Below, one piece after another: positions 11,832-22,847 of a stretch of DNA of 64,000 nt (the stretch's first letter is position 1; every line of letters begins with the position of its first letter). Source of the stretch: an uncultured virus (IMG/VR IMGVR_UViG_3300003375_000022) (taxonomy: Duplodnaviria; Heunggongvirae; Uroviricota; Caudoviricetes); the IMG/VR virus record IMGVR_UViG_3300003375_000022; one strand, 5' to 3'. The notes under the pieces are model-generated. The model worked only from the letters and a program-made list of their open reading frames with translations, did no database searches and was not told the DNA's origin. The position numbers and the translations under genes are program-made.

Positions 11832-13010
11832 ATGATAAAAGCTTATAAATATAGATTGTATCCAACCGAACAACAAGCCGTGCTTATTGATAAGCATATC
11901 GGCTGTTGCAGATTTATATACAACCTTGCTTTGGAAACGAAAAATATGTCTTTCTCCTCAAATAGAAAAAATCTTTCTGTTTTTGAATTAATGCGCCAAA
12001 CAACGCAGCTAAAAAATGATTTGGTTTGGCTTAAAGAAGTTGATAGTCAGTCTCTACAACAATCTTTGTTGGATTTGGATAGATCTTTTACAAATTTCTT
12101 TAAAGGTTATTCAGAATTTCCAAAATTTAAAAGCAAGAAAAACAATAATACATTTAGAAATCCACATGGTAATTTTGTTACAATTAAAAACGGGTTGTTA
12201 ATACAGCCAAAATTTAGAAAAGGAATAAAAATAGTCGTTGATAGACCTCATAAAGGCGAAATAAGAAGCACTACAATAAGCAGAACCCCAACAGGTAAAT
12301 ATTTCGTTTCAGTTTTATGTGACACCAAACAAAGTTTACCCTCAAAGGCAAAAGTAACCGACAAAACATCTGTAGGTATTGACTTAGGTATTAAATCATA
12401 CATAGTAACAAGCGATGGTGTTGTAGTTGACAATCCAAAGCATTTAAAGGCATCTGCCGCAAGATTAAAGGTTTTACAACGCAGGGCATCAAAAAAGAAA
12501 AAAGGAAGTAAAAATTCAAAAAAATCATATTACAGAATATCACTATTACATGAAAAAGTAGCGAACCAACGTAAAGACTTTTTACAAAAACTATCTTCAG
12601 AACTCATACGTGATAACCAAACATTGTGTTTAGAAGATTTGAATATATCCGGTATGGTTAAGAACCACAAATTAGCAGGTAGTATATCGGATGCAGGATG
12701 GGGGATGTTTGTACAAATGTGTAAGTATAAAGCTGAATGGTACGGCAAAAATATTTTACAAATACCAACATTCGAGCCATCAACTAAGATATGCAGCAAT
12801 TGCGGAGCAACAAACCACAGCCTAACATTAGCAGACAGGGAATGGACTTGTGTTTGTGGCTCAAAACATGACCGAGATATAAATGCAGCAATCAACATTA
12901 AGAATTACTGTTTAAAAAATTCATCGCTGGGCAAGCGAAGTGCGCCTTTGGAGATGTTGGCAATAGCCAAATCTATGAAGAAGGAAGTTAGTAATAACAA
13001 ATCATTATAA
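11832..13010 (+). CDS. tnpB: Stand-alone TnpB-family nuclease
   Basis: MIKAYKYRLYP, GIDLGIK, LEDLN, CSNCG/CVCG, HDRDINAA; no adjacent tnpA; TATCTTTG motif just upstream. Confidence 0.92.
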   Translation: MIKAYKYRLYPTEQQAVLIDKHIGCCRFIYNLALETKNMSFSSNRKNLSVFELMRQTTQLKNDLVWLKEVDSQSLQQSLLDLDRSFTNFFKGYSEFPKFKSKKNNNTFRNPHGNFVTIKNGLLIQPKFRKGIKIVVDRPHKGEIRSTTISRTPTGKYFVSVLCDTKQSLPSKAKVTDKTSVGIDLGIKSYIVTSDGVVVDNPKHLKASAARLKVLQRRASKKKKGSKNSKKSYYRISLLHEKVANQRKDFLQKLSSELIRDNQTLCLEDLNISGMVKNHKLAGSISDAGWGMFVQMCKYKAEWYGKNILQIPTFEPSTKICSNCGATNHSLTLADREWTCVCGSKHDRDINAAINIKNYCLKNSSLGKRSAPLEMLAIAKSMKKEVSNNKSL

Positions 13011-13015
13011 CCAAT

Positions 13016-14474
13016 ATGACTAAAGAAATATTTTACAAAAAATTATCTACTGTATTAAATCCGGAAAACGAAGGATATTACCATACAGATAAAGTAGGAT
13101 TATATTATAAACATGATAGAAATGGGTTTTGGACTACTCATGAAAATAGAAATAGCGAGGAATATCCTAAATTTTGGTTTGAACCTCAGGAATGTAAAAT
13201 TGAATCTCTAAAGGATGAAATGAAACAAAATGCTATTGAGTTACTAATATATATTAAAGAAAATAAAATAAGTCAATATGCAGACGGTAAATTCTATCAA
13301 TCATACTCTACTGAACACACAAACAAGTTAATTATGGTGGCTAATAACGAAAAAGAAATGTCCGACCTATTTGATAACCATAAACAAAAGAAAGCATGAG
13401 CAAGGAAATAAAAAAACAAGTAAATGAAATAATATCTAATTGTGCGGGGTATTCATTTATGGGTAAAGATTATGTAGATAGCTTTGATTTAGAAAAAGCT
13501 TTAACAAAGCATCTATCCCAACTAACAACTAAAGAACCAGAAACAATAAGCTCTCATTTTAATATTAAAGTAGCTGAACAATATTTAGCTGATAAAGACG
13601 GTAGAATTTTGGAATTAGAAGGTAGGTTAACTGAAAAGGAAAAGCAACTAAAAGAAGCTATCGACCTATTAACCAAAATGGATTTTATGTTTTATCCGAT
13701 AACCGATAGTAGGCAAGAAATAGAACAAGACGAATTAAAATCAACAGTGGCGAATTTTCTCTCATCAATTAATAGAGGATTTTAGAAATATTAAAGGGTA
13801 TGTGTAAATAAACTAAAAATATGTGAATTATGTTGGAAATACTAATTAAAGCCGAGTGGTTTGATAGGTTTAATTCTAAATTATACTTAGCTGTTGTTGA
13901 AGCCAAGATTATTTCTGAAAGGAATTTACAGACTAAAAAATACACTAACCTTTTGGCGACACAAAATGAATTAAATTGCGCACAAAACAGAAAAGGAGGG
14001 TAAATTATGATGACAGAAGAAGACATTCAAGAAAGAAACAATCAACTTATAGCACTTATTAGAGAGCTTAATTTAGGTATTCATGTTGTGGATTTACCAC
14101 ATAAGCCTAAATTACTTAGTTCTGACTACCAATGGAAACTTAATGGATACGTTAAAAACTTTCATTTATTTCTCAAAACAGACGAAACAGAAAATGTTTT
14201 CTTAGACATAAGGCTTAAGCCTATCGAAAAAATGAACATAGAAGAGATTAGGAGCTCTTTTCTTGATTGGATGGTGAATTATACTCACGATAGGATTTAC
14301 ACTGTCTCTAATGATTGTGGTTTGTTTGTAACTGGTTTTAATTTTCACAATAAATTATTGAAATCTAATCCATACCCTGTTTTTGCTAAATATGACCCAC
14401 ATATTTATTATGATATCGAAAAAGCCAACTCAGTTGTCAATAAATTTGATCAATACGAATTAGAAGTTAATTGA
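13016..14474 (+). other. Three hypothetical genes (13016-13399, 13396-13785, 14007-14474) ending the + strand block
   Basis: ORF track; strand switch at 14474-14503. Confidence 0.55.
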
Positions 14475-14502
14475 AAATGGAAACAACAAATGCGGAAAGA
14501 TT

Positions 14503-15119
14503 CTATTTGTTTAAAAGAAAATGATTAAAGAACAGCGAGAATGTGCAATTCCAAACAGTTCCGAGAAACGAAAAATCAACCAATATTTGGATTAGTTTAA
14601 CTTCAGTGATATATTTTCCTAACATTGGGCTGTACGCAACTATACTGGCGCACAAAAATATTATCATTAAGCTTTTACACAAATGCCAAAAATCAGTTAA
14701 AAATACTGGCAAATCCAAAAGATTGAAAAACCATTTACGTATTCCATTTTCAACAACCCTGCCTATATATTTATTTTTCCAGCTTATACTTGCGTCAAAA
14801 TACCAAGCATTATTAAATTTTGTAAATATTGAATTACTGTAATGGAATTCGGTTGTATCCATACAAGCATTGAACATAGCTGCTAAAGCAATCAAAATTA
14901 AGCTAATCATTTCTGGCTATTTTTTGTTAACCAGTCGCCAATAAGTACAACGGCTACCGCAAATAAACTAAATCCAAGCATAAACCAAAATCCGCACACG
15001 CTAACAAAATCATTTTTTGTGCAAATAGCGCCTACGCCTATTAGTATAAATAAAGCAACACAAACGTAATATTTGTTGTTCAGTGTATTCTCCCAAAATA
15101 ATTTTAAATTTTCTTTCAT
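14503..15119 (-). other. Two small integral membrane proteins (14503-14910, 14907-15119)
   Basis: Multiple hydrophobic segments; ATGA-type overlap. Confidence 0.55.
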
Positions 15120-15126
15120 TTTTCGT

Positions 15127-15537
15127 TTATTTTAATTTCCACAAAATTATTACCCAAGAAACAGAAACAACGAATCCGCCTAATGATACAGCCGAAAGTC
15201 TTTTTAAGCGCGTATTTGATTGCGTTAACTTGGAAACTTGTTTGCAGCGCATTACATTTGTTTCTGACAATAAACTTATTTGACCGCTATCTACTTTCAT
15301 CGCAGATTTATAGTCGCCTATTGCCATTTTATAGTCATTTATGGCTCTTAGGTAATTTGCGGTGTCTTTTCTTAATCCGTCGGCAGCAATGTGTTCTTTA
15401 GCATAAAAAACAGCTTCTGAATCAGATATATCTATAAACGAATCTACTTTTAAACTACTTGTTTTTACTTGCCCTGTACACTGAATCCACATAAAGCTGC
15501 AAAGCATTATGAGAAAGGCTTTTAACGTATTTTGCAT
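15127..15537 (-). CDS. Spanin-like protein (signal peptide, coiled coil, C-terminal TM)
   Basis: Hydrophobic N-terminus with Cys, helical middle, hydrophobic C-terminus; overlaps the upstream gene by 83 nt. Confidence 0.4.
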   Translation of the reverse strand: MQNTLKAFLIMLCSFMWIQCTGQVKTSSLKVDSFIDISDSEAVFYAKEHIAADGLRKDTANYLRAINDYKMAIGDYKSAMKVDSGQISLLSETNVMRCKQVSKLTQSNTRLKRLSAVSLGGFVVSVSWVIILWKLK

Positions 15538-15790
15538 CCTTTTTGGTTTTATTTTTATTTAATTGAATACTATCTAATCTTGTATTGGCATCATTTATTC
15601 TTTGGTTGGCATCATTTATTTCTTCTGATTTCAGAATATTTGTAGAGTCCATATATCTTTTCATTTTGTATTCAAGAGCATCAATAGTTTCTTTCCTACG
15701 AACATCTACAATCCAAAAAGCTACACAGGTTGCAACAATTAATACTGCTAAAAAAATTAAATCTCTGCTACGTGTTTTTATCCACTCCAT
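15455..15790 (-). CDS. i-spanin-like protein
   Basis: N-terminal TM then predicted coiled coil; follows a holin-like gene. Confidence 0.45.
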   Translation of the reverse strand: MEWIKTRSRDLIFLAVLIVATCVAFWIVDVRRKETIDALEYKMKRYMDSTNILKSEEINDANQRINDANTRLDSIQLNKNKTKKDAKYVKSLSHNALQLYVDSVYRASKNK

Positions 15791-16091
15791 TTTGATCGCT
15801 ATTACTTGGTTGATTATTTAATTTATCAAATCTTTTTTCTTTTGCCACTTCGTTTAAATGATAACCAGCGGCGGCAAAAAGTAAAGCTACGTGCGCCAAA
15901 ACTTCGCTACTCTGAATTGTGTTTCTGTGTACAAATACAAACATTAAATCGACTCCTATAGCTGATAAAAAAGCTATTTCGGTATTTATTCTTTTTATAC
16001 TAAATAAACTCGGCTTGTTTGAAAATACCTTTATTAGTTCTGTTATTCCGTGCTTTATGTTTCCCCAGCCAAAAAAATAATTTTCTCCCAT
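15768..16091 (-). CDS. Holin-like membrane protein
   Basis: 107 aa, two hydrophobic segments, charged C-terminal tail. Confidence 0.4.
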   Translation of the reverse strand: MGENYFFGWGNIKHGITELIKVFSNKPSLFSIKRINTEIAFLSAIGVDLMFVFVHRNTIQSSEVLAHVALLFAAAGYHLNEVAKEKRFDKLNNQPSNSDQNGVDKNT

Positions 16092-16335
16092 TTATTAAAA
16101 TTTAGATTTAACTTTATTTAATTCATCTTTTAATTCCAATAACATTTTTTCTTTTTCTTGTTTGGCAATACTTTCAACTGAATTTATTTTCAAAACCAAT
16201 TTACTTGTTGCTGCTTTTAATTCATTAATTATTTTTTTATGGTAAATTAAGGCAGCTATTCCACTACCAAAGTATTTTATTATGTCAAATATTATTTCTA
16301 ATACAAGTTTCATTTTTTATTTATTTCGCAGGTTT

Positions 16336-17097
16336 TTAAAGGGTAAGTATCTGGTAAGTTACATAAATATCGAATGTACCTGTTCCAAGTGAAACTGGGT
16401 CTGATTGATCGAATTTAATATACAACGGCGCATTTTCTATTAAATTTGAATTTGCCGCTAAACCATCGTCGTATCCAGTTAAAAAAGTTGTACTAACATC
16501 GTTATTTAAAGCGACATTATTTATTAATTGGTATGTTGGGTTTGAATTAGAACTACTTATACTGTTTGTTATAATTAAATTGCTACCCGAAGCACCCCAT
16601 CCACCGCTTACATAATTATATCTAACATCGAATCCAACAGCTTTTTGGGCAAAACCAATTCCAGGAGCAGTAACAGCTAAAAACGGAGAAGAATACAGTG
16701 TTTTTATTTGAGCAGGAGTTAGAGTGATTTTTTTAGTTATAAACCCTTGCGAAACGGCTATTCCGCTTCCAGTTGCTAACCATTCTTTGTTTCCGGCTAC
16801 ACAAAAAACAAGTGATCCGTTTGCTACATTTATAGCTACCGAAGTTGAACCATTAATTTTGCCATTTCCGGAAGCCTGTATGGTAATGTTATTTGTATCG
16901 GCTTTTCCGCCAGCGTCATTAACATAAACATTTCTAAGGTTTAATTTTAAACCACTTTTTGAAATGTCTTGTATCTGCAATGTAATTGCGCCGTTTGTTG
17001 TGTCGCAATTAATTACATCATCACTATCTCTAATGACGTATATTCCACCAGCACTGATGTGCCTTACATTTAAACCTTCGCTGTTATTTGAACTCAT
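16336..17097 (-). CDS. Putative virion spike/vertex protein
   Basis: N-terminal CDTTNGAITLQI...D.GGKADTNNITI...KING beta domain shared with 27240-28169. Confidence 0.5.
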   Translation of the reverse strand: MSSNNSEGLNVRHISAGGIYVIRDSDDVINCDTTNGAITLQIQDISKSGLKLNLRNVYVNDAGGKADTNNITIQASGNGKINGSTSVAINVANGSLVFCVAGNKEWLATGSGIAVSQGFITKKITLTPAQIKTLYSSPFLAVTAPGIGFAQKAVGFDVRYNYVSGGWGASGSNLIITNSISSSNSNPTYQLINNVALNNDVSTTFLTGYDDGLAANSNLIENAPLYIKFDQSDPVSLGTGTFDIYVTYQILTL

Positions 17098-17100
17098 TTT

Positions 17101-18170
17101 TTATTTTTTAAATGCAAGTTGATCTATTCTTTTTGATTCTTCTGGAAGTATGGCTTCTTTGTTTATGTATTCCATGTAGAATGATGTTTTTTCGCCTCTA
17201 TAACCTCGTATGTTTTCAATTTTAAGATTAGTTATTTTTTCAAACTCTCTTTGGCTGTCTCCTAATTTTTGTATTTCCATTTTCAGGTCGTACCACTGCC
17301 CAAGAACAAGTGCTACGAATCCTGAAAATTTAACAATATCGGAAACAGAAAACATTACTTTTTTTTCATCGAACACTTCTTTATTTTCTTCACTCATTTT
17401 TTGTAAAATATTTAGGTTTATGCCTACATGATTTTACTCTTCGTCCTTACCTTCAAGAATCTCCTTTAAACTTATTGGTCTAATTTTTACTGGCTTGTTA
17501 TTTTCATCAAGTTTGTAAATAAAAAACGCTGGCTCAAATTTCTTTCCCGCTGTTATCATAACAAAGAGCTTGTCGTGACTACATCCTAATTCTTCGCTTA
17601 TGCTTTCTAAAGAATCTTGAACAGTGTCGTGTACAATTTTTTCTTTATCAAACAATTTATCTAATCCAAACATACTTATTTATTTTTAAATTACTATTTA
17701 TATTTTTTTTAATTAATCTCGTTTCCAAGAATAGATTCTTGTTTGGTTATTGCACCCAATTCTACAACTTCAGCCTGTTGTTCACCCATTGAATCTAAAC
17801 CTAAAAAAGAATTGAAATAATCTTGTGTTCCTTGTGGCAATAAATTAACTTGTTCTGCGGTTAAAAACACTTCAACTTCAACCTCTTGATTCAAAAGTTC
17901 TTTTGTTTTTATAGACAACTCCTTTAAGGCTTCTTTGGTGAATAAATATTCACCTTTTTCACCTTTCATTACATTGTTTTTTTCATCAACAGAACAATAT
18001 TCTATTTGATTGTTTTCTATGGAAGCATTGTAATCTTCGAGCGCGGAAGAAAAAACTTTTGCTTGTTTCGTTAGAATTTTTGCGCCTTTGTTTTCTGAAG
18101 AAACAGACAATACTGCATTTGTGTTGTTGATAAAAGAAATTAAATCCTTGTTTGTTTTTTTTACTCTCAT
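17101..18170 (-). other. Three hypothetical genes (17101-17397 with TM and coiled coil, 17434-17673, 17709-18170)
   Basis: ORF track; TATATTTG motif near 18202-18209. Confidence 0.5.
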
Positions 18171-18273
18171 TTTTATTTATTTTTTGGTTTATACATAATT
18201 GCAAATATATCAAATTAATTTTCTAATGCCTAAAAAAATATGCGTTATTCATTATTTTTTAACTACCCGCTTA

Positions 18274-21200
18274 CTATGTTAGTAAGCCGTAGTTTTTCAT
18301 AGCCTGAACTACTTGCCCAATTGAGTATCCGCCAAAAGTATCGTTACTCAATACCGCTGTTCCACCAACAGAAGCATATGTAGCGGCAGCCACGCCAGTA
18401 GTTATTTTTATTATTGCCGCTGTTCCATAAAAACCAATTTTACTTCCAGAAGAAGCTATGTTTATGGTGCTAACAAAAGCCCCTGTAGCTAAGTTTATGG
18501 TTGATATTGCCCCAGTACCCATGTTAACCGTTTTACCAGTTGTCGCTGTGCCAGTAGCTATATTTACCGTATCTGTACCAGTTGTATTGCCAGAACCTAT
18601 GTTAACTATTTGACCAACGCCAGCAGAAGAACCAAATGTAATTGTACCAGTCTGTGAGGTTCCGCCAATTGTTATTGTTCCTGTTGTCATTGCTGTAGCC
18701 ATAGTTATTGAGCCAGCTGTCTGCGTTGTGCCTATAGAAATTACGTTTGCTGCCGAACCAGTCCCTAAGTTGACTGTTTTAACACCTGTTCCGCCAGTTC
18801 CTAAATTTATAGTTTGCGCGCCAGTGCCAACACCAATAGATATAGTTCCTGTTTGAAGACCTGTTCCACCTATATTTATTGTTCCAGTGGTCATTGCCGC
18901 CCCTATATTAACTATGGAAGAAGTGCTTACGTTTCCTATGTTAACGGTCGTGGTTCCTGCTCCATTTCCAATTAAAACCGAGTTAGTTCCGGAAGAAGAA
19001 CCTAAAACCAAGTTACCAGTTTGAGCTGTTCCGCCTATTGTTATAGTTCCAGTTGTGGTTGCAGCTGCTATATTATAAGTAGAAGTAGCTGCGCCGTTTA
19101 AAGCGAAGTTACCAGTACCCACGTTCATAACTATACCAGTTGTTGAGTTGGTGTTACCTATATTTATAGTGTTTACGCCTGCGGTACTATTGCCTATGTT
19201 TATAGTTAATGTTGAAGCCGTAGAACCTGTATTCCCTAATGTAATTGTTTTGTTTGCTGCGTCATTACCCAAACTTATCGCTCCTGTTCCAGTTGCTAAA
19301 GTAAATATTCCATTTGTCGTGGTATATGTTGTTCCAGCTGTTCCAGTGTTTATATTGACCGCAGTTGCCCCAGTTATATTCCCTAACGTTATTGTTTTAG
19401 CATTTGCATCGGTTCCAAGTTGCAAAGTTCCGGTTCCAGTCTGTATAGATATGGCTGAATTTAAAGAAGTCGAACCCAGTGTTAACCCCCCAGCAGCAGT
19501 TGTGTTTATTATAGTTGAACCCAAAGCGCCAACAGCAAACGGAGCTAATGTTGAAGTAGCTATAGTGCTTATTTGATGTAAATACCCTGTTCCACTGGAA
19601 GCTACGTTTTCCGTTATCAAATACCCTGTAACGGAAGCCCCTGTTATTGACCAGTTCCAAGCCTGAGCATTGTTTCCATTATTTACAGAATTAGTTGCGA
19701 CGGCAGCGGTTAATGCACTTAAAGAACTTGCAGCGGTTATTGTGATATTTGCAGAACCGTCAAAAGAAACTCCGTTTATTGTTCTTGCTGTTTGTAAGGT
19801 AGTTGCCGTAGTTGCATTGCCTGTCAAAGCACCTGTAAAGCCAGTTGAAGAAACAGATGTTAACCCGCTTAATGTTGTGGCTAAGGCAATTGTTACGGCG
19901 GTAGAACCATTAAAAGAAGTTCCCGTCAAGTTTGAACCTATTGTTAGCGCGTTTGTTGTACTTGCTGTAATTGTTCCGCTTGCGCCTAAAGCAATAGCTG
20001 TTCCATTCACTGTTATTGAGCTGTTGGCTAAATAAGTATTTGTTATTGCCGAACCATTCCAAACACCAGTTGTTATAGCTCCGGAAGTTCCTATTACCAA
20101 AGCATCGGTTGCGCCACTATTAATAACAAACCTTATGGCATTAGATGTAGTGGTTCCAATAACTAAATCACCAGTTGTAGAAGTTAAATAAACCGCATTA
20201 GGTAAATTAAAAGAACCAGTTCCTGTAAAACCAGAACTATTCATTCCTAAATTTCCATAATAAGTTGTGGAAGTGCCTAAGTTATTACTAACAACAAAAT
20301 CAGTAGAAGCGATTGCTCCAGAATTTGTGTTCTGACTTATGTATTGATAGTATGTGTTTACACTACTTTGAGTTGAAACAACTATATTTGTATCTATATA
20401 AGAAAGTGTTCCAGTTGTTAATGTTCCTGTGAAGATTGGGTTGTTTGATGATAAGTATGCACTTGTATTTGTAGTGCTACCATCTGCCATTAATATTTGG
20501 GTAGATGTGCCGCCTGACTTAATTAAAGAAGTGGCGGTTAGCGGAAATAAAGATGTAACAGTTCCTGCATTACCGTCTAAACTTAAAAATTTAGTTTGTG
20601 TCCAACTTGAAGCCCGTCCTACATAGAAGTCTAATGTAGAATAACCCGTTTGCAATGTTTCCGTTATAGAAGATGTTACTATTCCACTATAATAATTATT
20701 TGCATGTGTGAAATTTAAAACTGATGTTGTACCTGCGCTTCCGGCACTATTCCAAAGATTTAAGCCAGTACCTATTGTATTTGTTGTGCCTGTTAGATTT
20801 ACGTTTCCAGTTGTAGTTAATAGTCCGGAAATATTTGTCGTGCTTAAAGAAGATGTACCTATAGTAGTTAAGTTTCCACCAAAATAAACTGGATTTGAAA
20901 CAGCATAAAATGCCCAATTATTTGTTGCTCTTCCTAAAGAAGGCACGTAATGAGCATATTGATTTGTGATTGAACCTGTTCCACCTGCATCAAAAATATA
21001 TGTTCCATAAGAATTGGTTAGGGATGCTCCTGCAGATACAGTTGGTATATGTACGAATCCATATAAGGTAGAAAGTAAGCCAGTTCCATTGTGTACCCAT
21101 TGTGTTTGAAAACTTGCATGATGATTGTAATTGAATGAGCCAATTATTTGTCCGTTATCGGTAAAAGCATTATTGGCATACCCATTTGCGGAACGATTAA

Positions 21201-22050
21201 ATATAGTGGCGTCAACAAACGAATGTGCATTGGATGAGATTGAGGCATCGGTAGTTCTTGCTATTGTTAGTATTGGGTCAAAATCAGTATTATAAGTTCC
21301 TCCTGGAGTTATAGAGGTTGTTAAGTTTAATACATTTGATGCGTAGGTTAAATTTGAACTTCCTGAAATAGTGTTCGAGCCCGATCCAACTCCTATTTGG
21401 TTAGCTGATATACTTATTGAAGCCGAGATATTGCCATTCAATTTTTGGATTGCAGTAAGAACCGAATCCGAAGAAGTAATTGTTCCGGAGCCACTAACAT
21501 ACCCAGTTAAAATGGAATTTATTGAACGTGAATTTGTAAAATATAAATTCGTGTTTTCAGTAACTTGAGATGTATTATAGTCCCCAGAAACAGCAATAAC
21601 AACTCCAGTCCTACCAAAAACAGAAGAAACAGCTCCTCCGCCAGAACCGTTTGCGGCAGCGGTTACTCTACCCCAAGCGTCTATAGTTATATTTGCATTT
21701 GTGTATGAACCAGCTGTTACCGCGGTTGTATTAAGCGAAACAACTGGGTTCGCACCAGCCGTAACAGATATTGGAGCCGTTCCGGTAACAGAAGAAACTC
21801 CTCCGCCTCCTCCGCCAGTATTGTTATAATTTGTTAGCTGTGTTTGTAAATCAAATATGCTTGTACTTGTTGGTGTGGATATTAAACCATAAAACAATTC
21901 TATTTGCTGTATTTTTTCTTCGTCAAATATCCATAATGCTTGGCTATTTTGAGTAACATTTACATTTATAGGTTTTAATATATTTATAACCGTTTGCCCA
22001 CTCAAAGATATATTTATGTATGTTGTTTGATCTGTTATTACGTACCCCAT
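18274..22050 (-). CDS. Long Gly/Thr/Ser/Asn-rich fiber (receptor-binding) protein
   Basis: 1258 aa; VSSVFGRTG, TARTINGVSFDGSANITI fiber motifs and many (T/S)I(N/T)IG beta repeats. Confidence 0.75.
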   Translation of the reverse strand: MGYVITDQTTYINISLSGQTVINILKPINVNVTQNSQALWIFDEEKIQQIELFYGLISTPTSTSIFDLQTQLTNYNNTGGGGGGVSSVTGTAPISVTAGANPVVSLNTTAVTAGSYTNANITIDAWGRVTAAANGSGGGAVSSVFGRTGVVIAVSGDYNTSQVTENTNLYFTNSRSINSILTGYVSGSGTITSSDSVLTAIQKLNGNISASISISANQIGVGSGSNTISGSSNLTYASNVLNLTTSITPGGTYNTDFDPILTIARTTDASISSNAHSFVDATIFNRSANGYANNAFTDNGQIIGSFNYNHHASFQTQWVHNGTGLLSTLYGFVHIPTVSAGASLTNSYGTYIFDAGGTGSITNQYAHYVPSLGRATNNWAFYAVSNPVYFGGNLTTIGTSSLSTTNISGLLTTTGNVNLTGTTNTIGTGLNLWNSAGSAGTTSVLNFTHANNYYSGIVTSSITETLQTGYSTLDFYVGRASSWTQTKFLSLDGNAGTVTSLFPLTATSLIKSGGTSTQILMADGSTTNTSAYLSSNNPIFTGTLTTGTLSYIDTNIVVSTQSSVNTYYQYISQNTNSGAIASTDFVVSNNLGTSTTYYGNLGMNSSGFTGTGSFNLPNAVYLTSTTGDLVIGTTTSNAIRFVINSGATDALVIGTSGAITTGVWNGSAITNTYLANSSITVNGTAIALGASGTITASTTNALTIGSNLTGTSFNGSTAVTIALATTLSGLTSVSSTGFTGALTGNATTATTLQTARTINGVSFDGSANITITAASSLSALTAAVATNSVNNGNNAQAWNWSITGASVTGYLITENVASSGTGYLHQISTIATSTLAPFAVGALGSTIINTTAAGGLTLGSTSLNSAISIQTGTGTLQLGTDANAKTITLGNITGATAVNINTGTAGTTYTTTNGIFTLATGTGAISLGNDAANKTITLGNTGSTASTLTINIGNSTAGVNTINIGNTNSTTGIVMNVGTGNFALNGAATSTYNIAAATTTGTITIGGTAQTGNLVLGSSSGTNSVLIGNGAGTTTVNIGNVSTSSIVNIGAAMTTGTINIGGTGLQTGTISIGVGTGAQTINLGTGGTGVKTVNLGTGSAANVISIGTTQTAGSITMATAMTTGTITIGGTSQTGTITFGSSAGVGQIVNIGSGNTTGTDTVNIATGTATTGKTVNMGTGAISTINLATGAFVSTINIASSGSKIGFYGTAAIIKITTGVAAATYASVGGTAVLSNDTFGGYSIGQVVQAMKNYGLLT

Positions 22051-22061
22051 TTTTTATTTTT

Positions 22062-22301
22062 TTAAAGATTATTATAAGCCATTAATATGTTTTGAAGGTT
22101 TCTTATATCTGTGCTTATTGGCATTTGTATTGTAGAATAATTTAAACTTATTCTTTGGTTTCCAGTTACGTCAAAAATAAAAACACTTGTTCCTTTGTTT
22201 CTTATATCAACATTAAATGGCTTATTTATATTTATAACGGTTTGTCCGTTATTTGAAATGTTTAAATATTTTGAATTGTTTGTTAATATGAATCCAGCCA
22301 T
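22062..22301 (-). CDS. Stand-alone copy of the fiber N-terminal domain
   Basis: YLNISNNGQTVININKPFNV aligns with fiber YINISLSGQTVINILKPINV along its full length. Confidence 0.75.
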   Translation of the reverse strand: MAGFILTNNSKYLNISNNGQTVININKPFNVDIRNKGTSVFIFDVTGNQRISLNYSTIQMPISTDIRNLQNILMAYNNL

Positions 22302-22313
22302 TTTTTTATTTTT

Positions 22314-22847
22314 TTACGCAATTTGATTAGAAGAACTGCCGTTCTTTTTTGACATTAAATCTTTCAATGAAGATGTGAATGTATATGGAATGTTAACTGT
22401 AAAAAACCACAATTTAACTTTCAATTTTATGTCTACTTTTACTATTATTTGATCACTATTAGCCGCTATAGTCAGCACGCTTTTTCCAAGTTTTTGATAA
22501 ACATCTTGCGGGTTAAATACCACGTTTAAACCCATTAAGTTTGTTTGTCCCGCAAGTATTAAAACAGGCGAATTGTTTTCTATTTTTGTTACAAACGTAT
22601 TATTGATGTACACGTTGTAAATTTGCGAAAGAATGTTAAATGTAACATTACTATTATTGGTTACATTTAGATATATATTGAAATCCAAATTACTGAAACC
22701 AATTTTATTCAAAGAAAACCCTTTTAGCTTAATAGCATAATTCATCATTTTCTTGTACTGTAAATATGCAATAGCCCCAGTAATGGTTACTAAACCTATG
22801 GCTCCAGCTACAGCGTATTTTGTTATATTAGCTTTATTTGCTTTCAT
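22314..22847 (-). CDS. Membrane-anchored LEA_2/WHy-like protein
   Basis: N-terminal TM; LNVTNNSNVTFNI...YNVYINNTFV...ILAGQTNLM pattern. Confidence 0.6.
   Translation of the reverse strand: MKANKANITKYAVAGAIGLVTITGAIAYLQYKKMMNYAIKLKGFSLNKIGFSNLDFNIYLNVTNNSNVTFNILSQIYNVYINNTFVTKIENNSPVLILAGQTNLMGLNVVFNPQDVYQKLGKSVLTIAANSDQIIVKVDIKLKVKLWFFTVNIPYTFTSSLKDLMSKKNGSSSNQIA

Noticed and set aside
18274..22050. Fiber as evidence for a tailed phage, or as a DGR target
   Set aside because: Such fiber repeats move between virus types, no tail genes flank it, and I found no TR-like sequence in it
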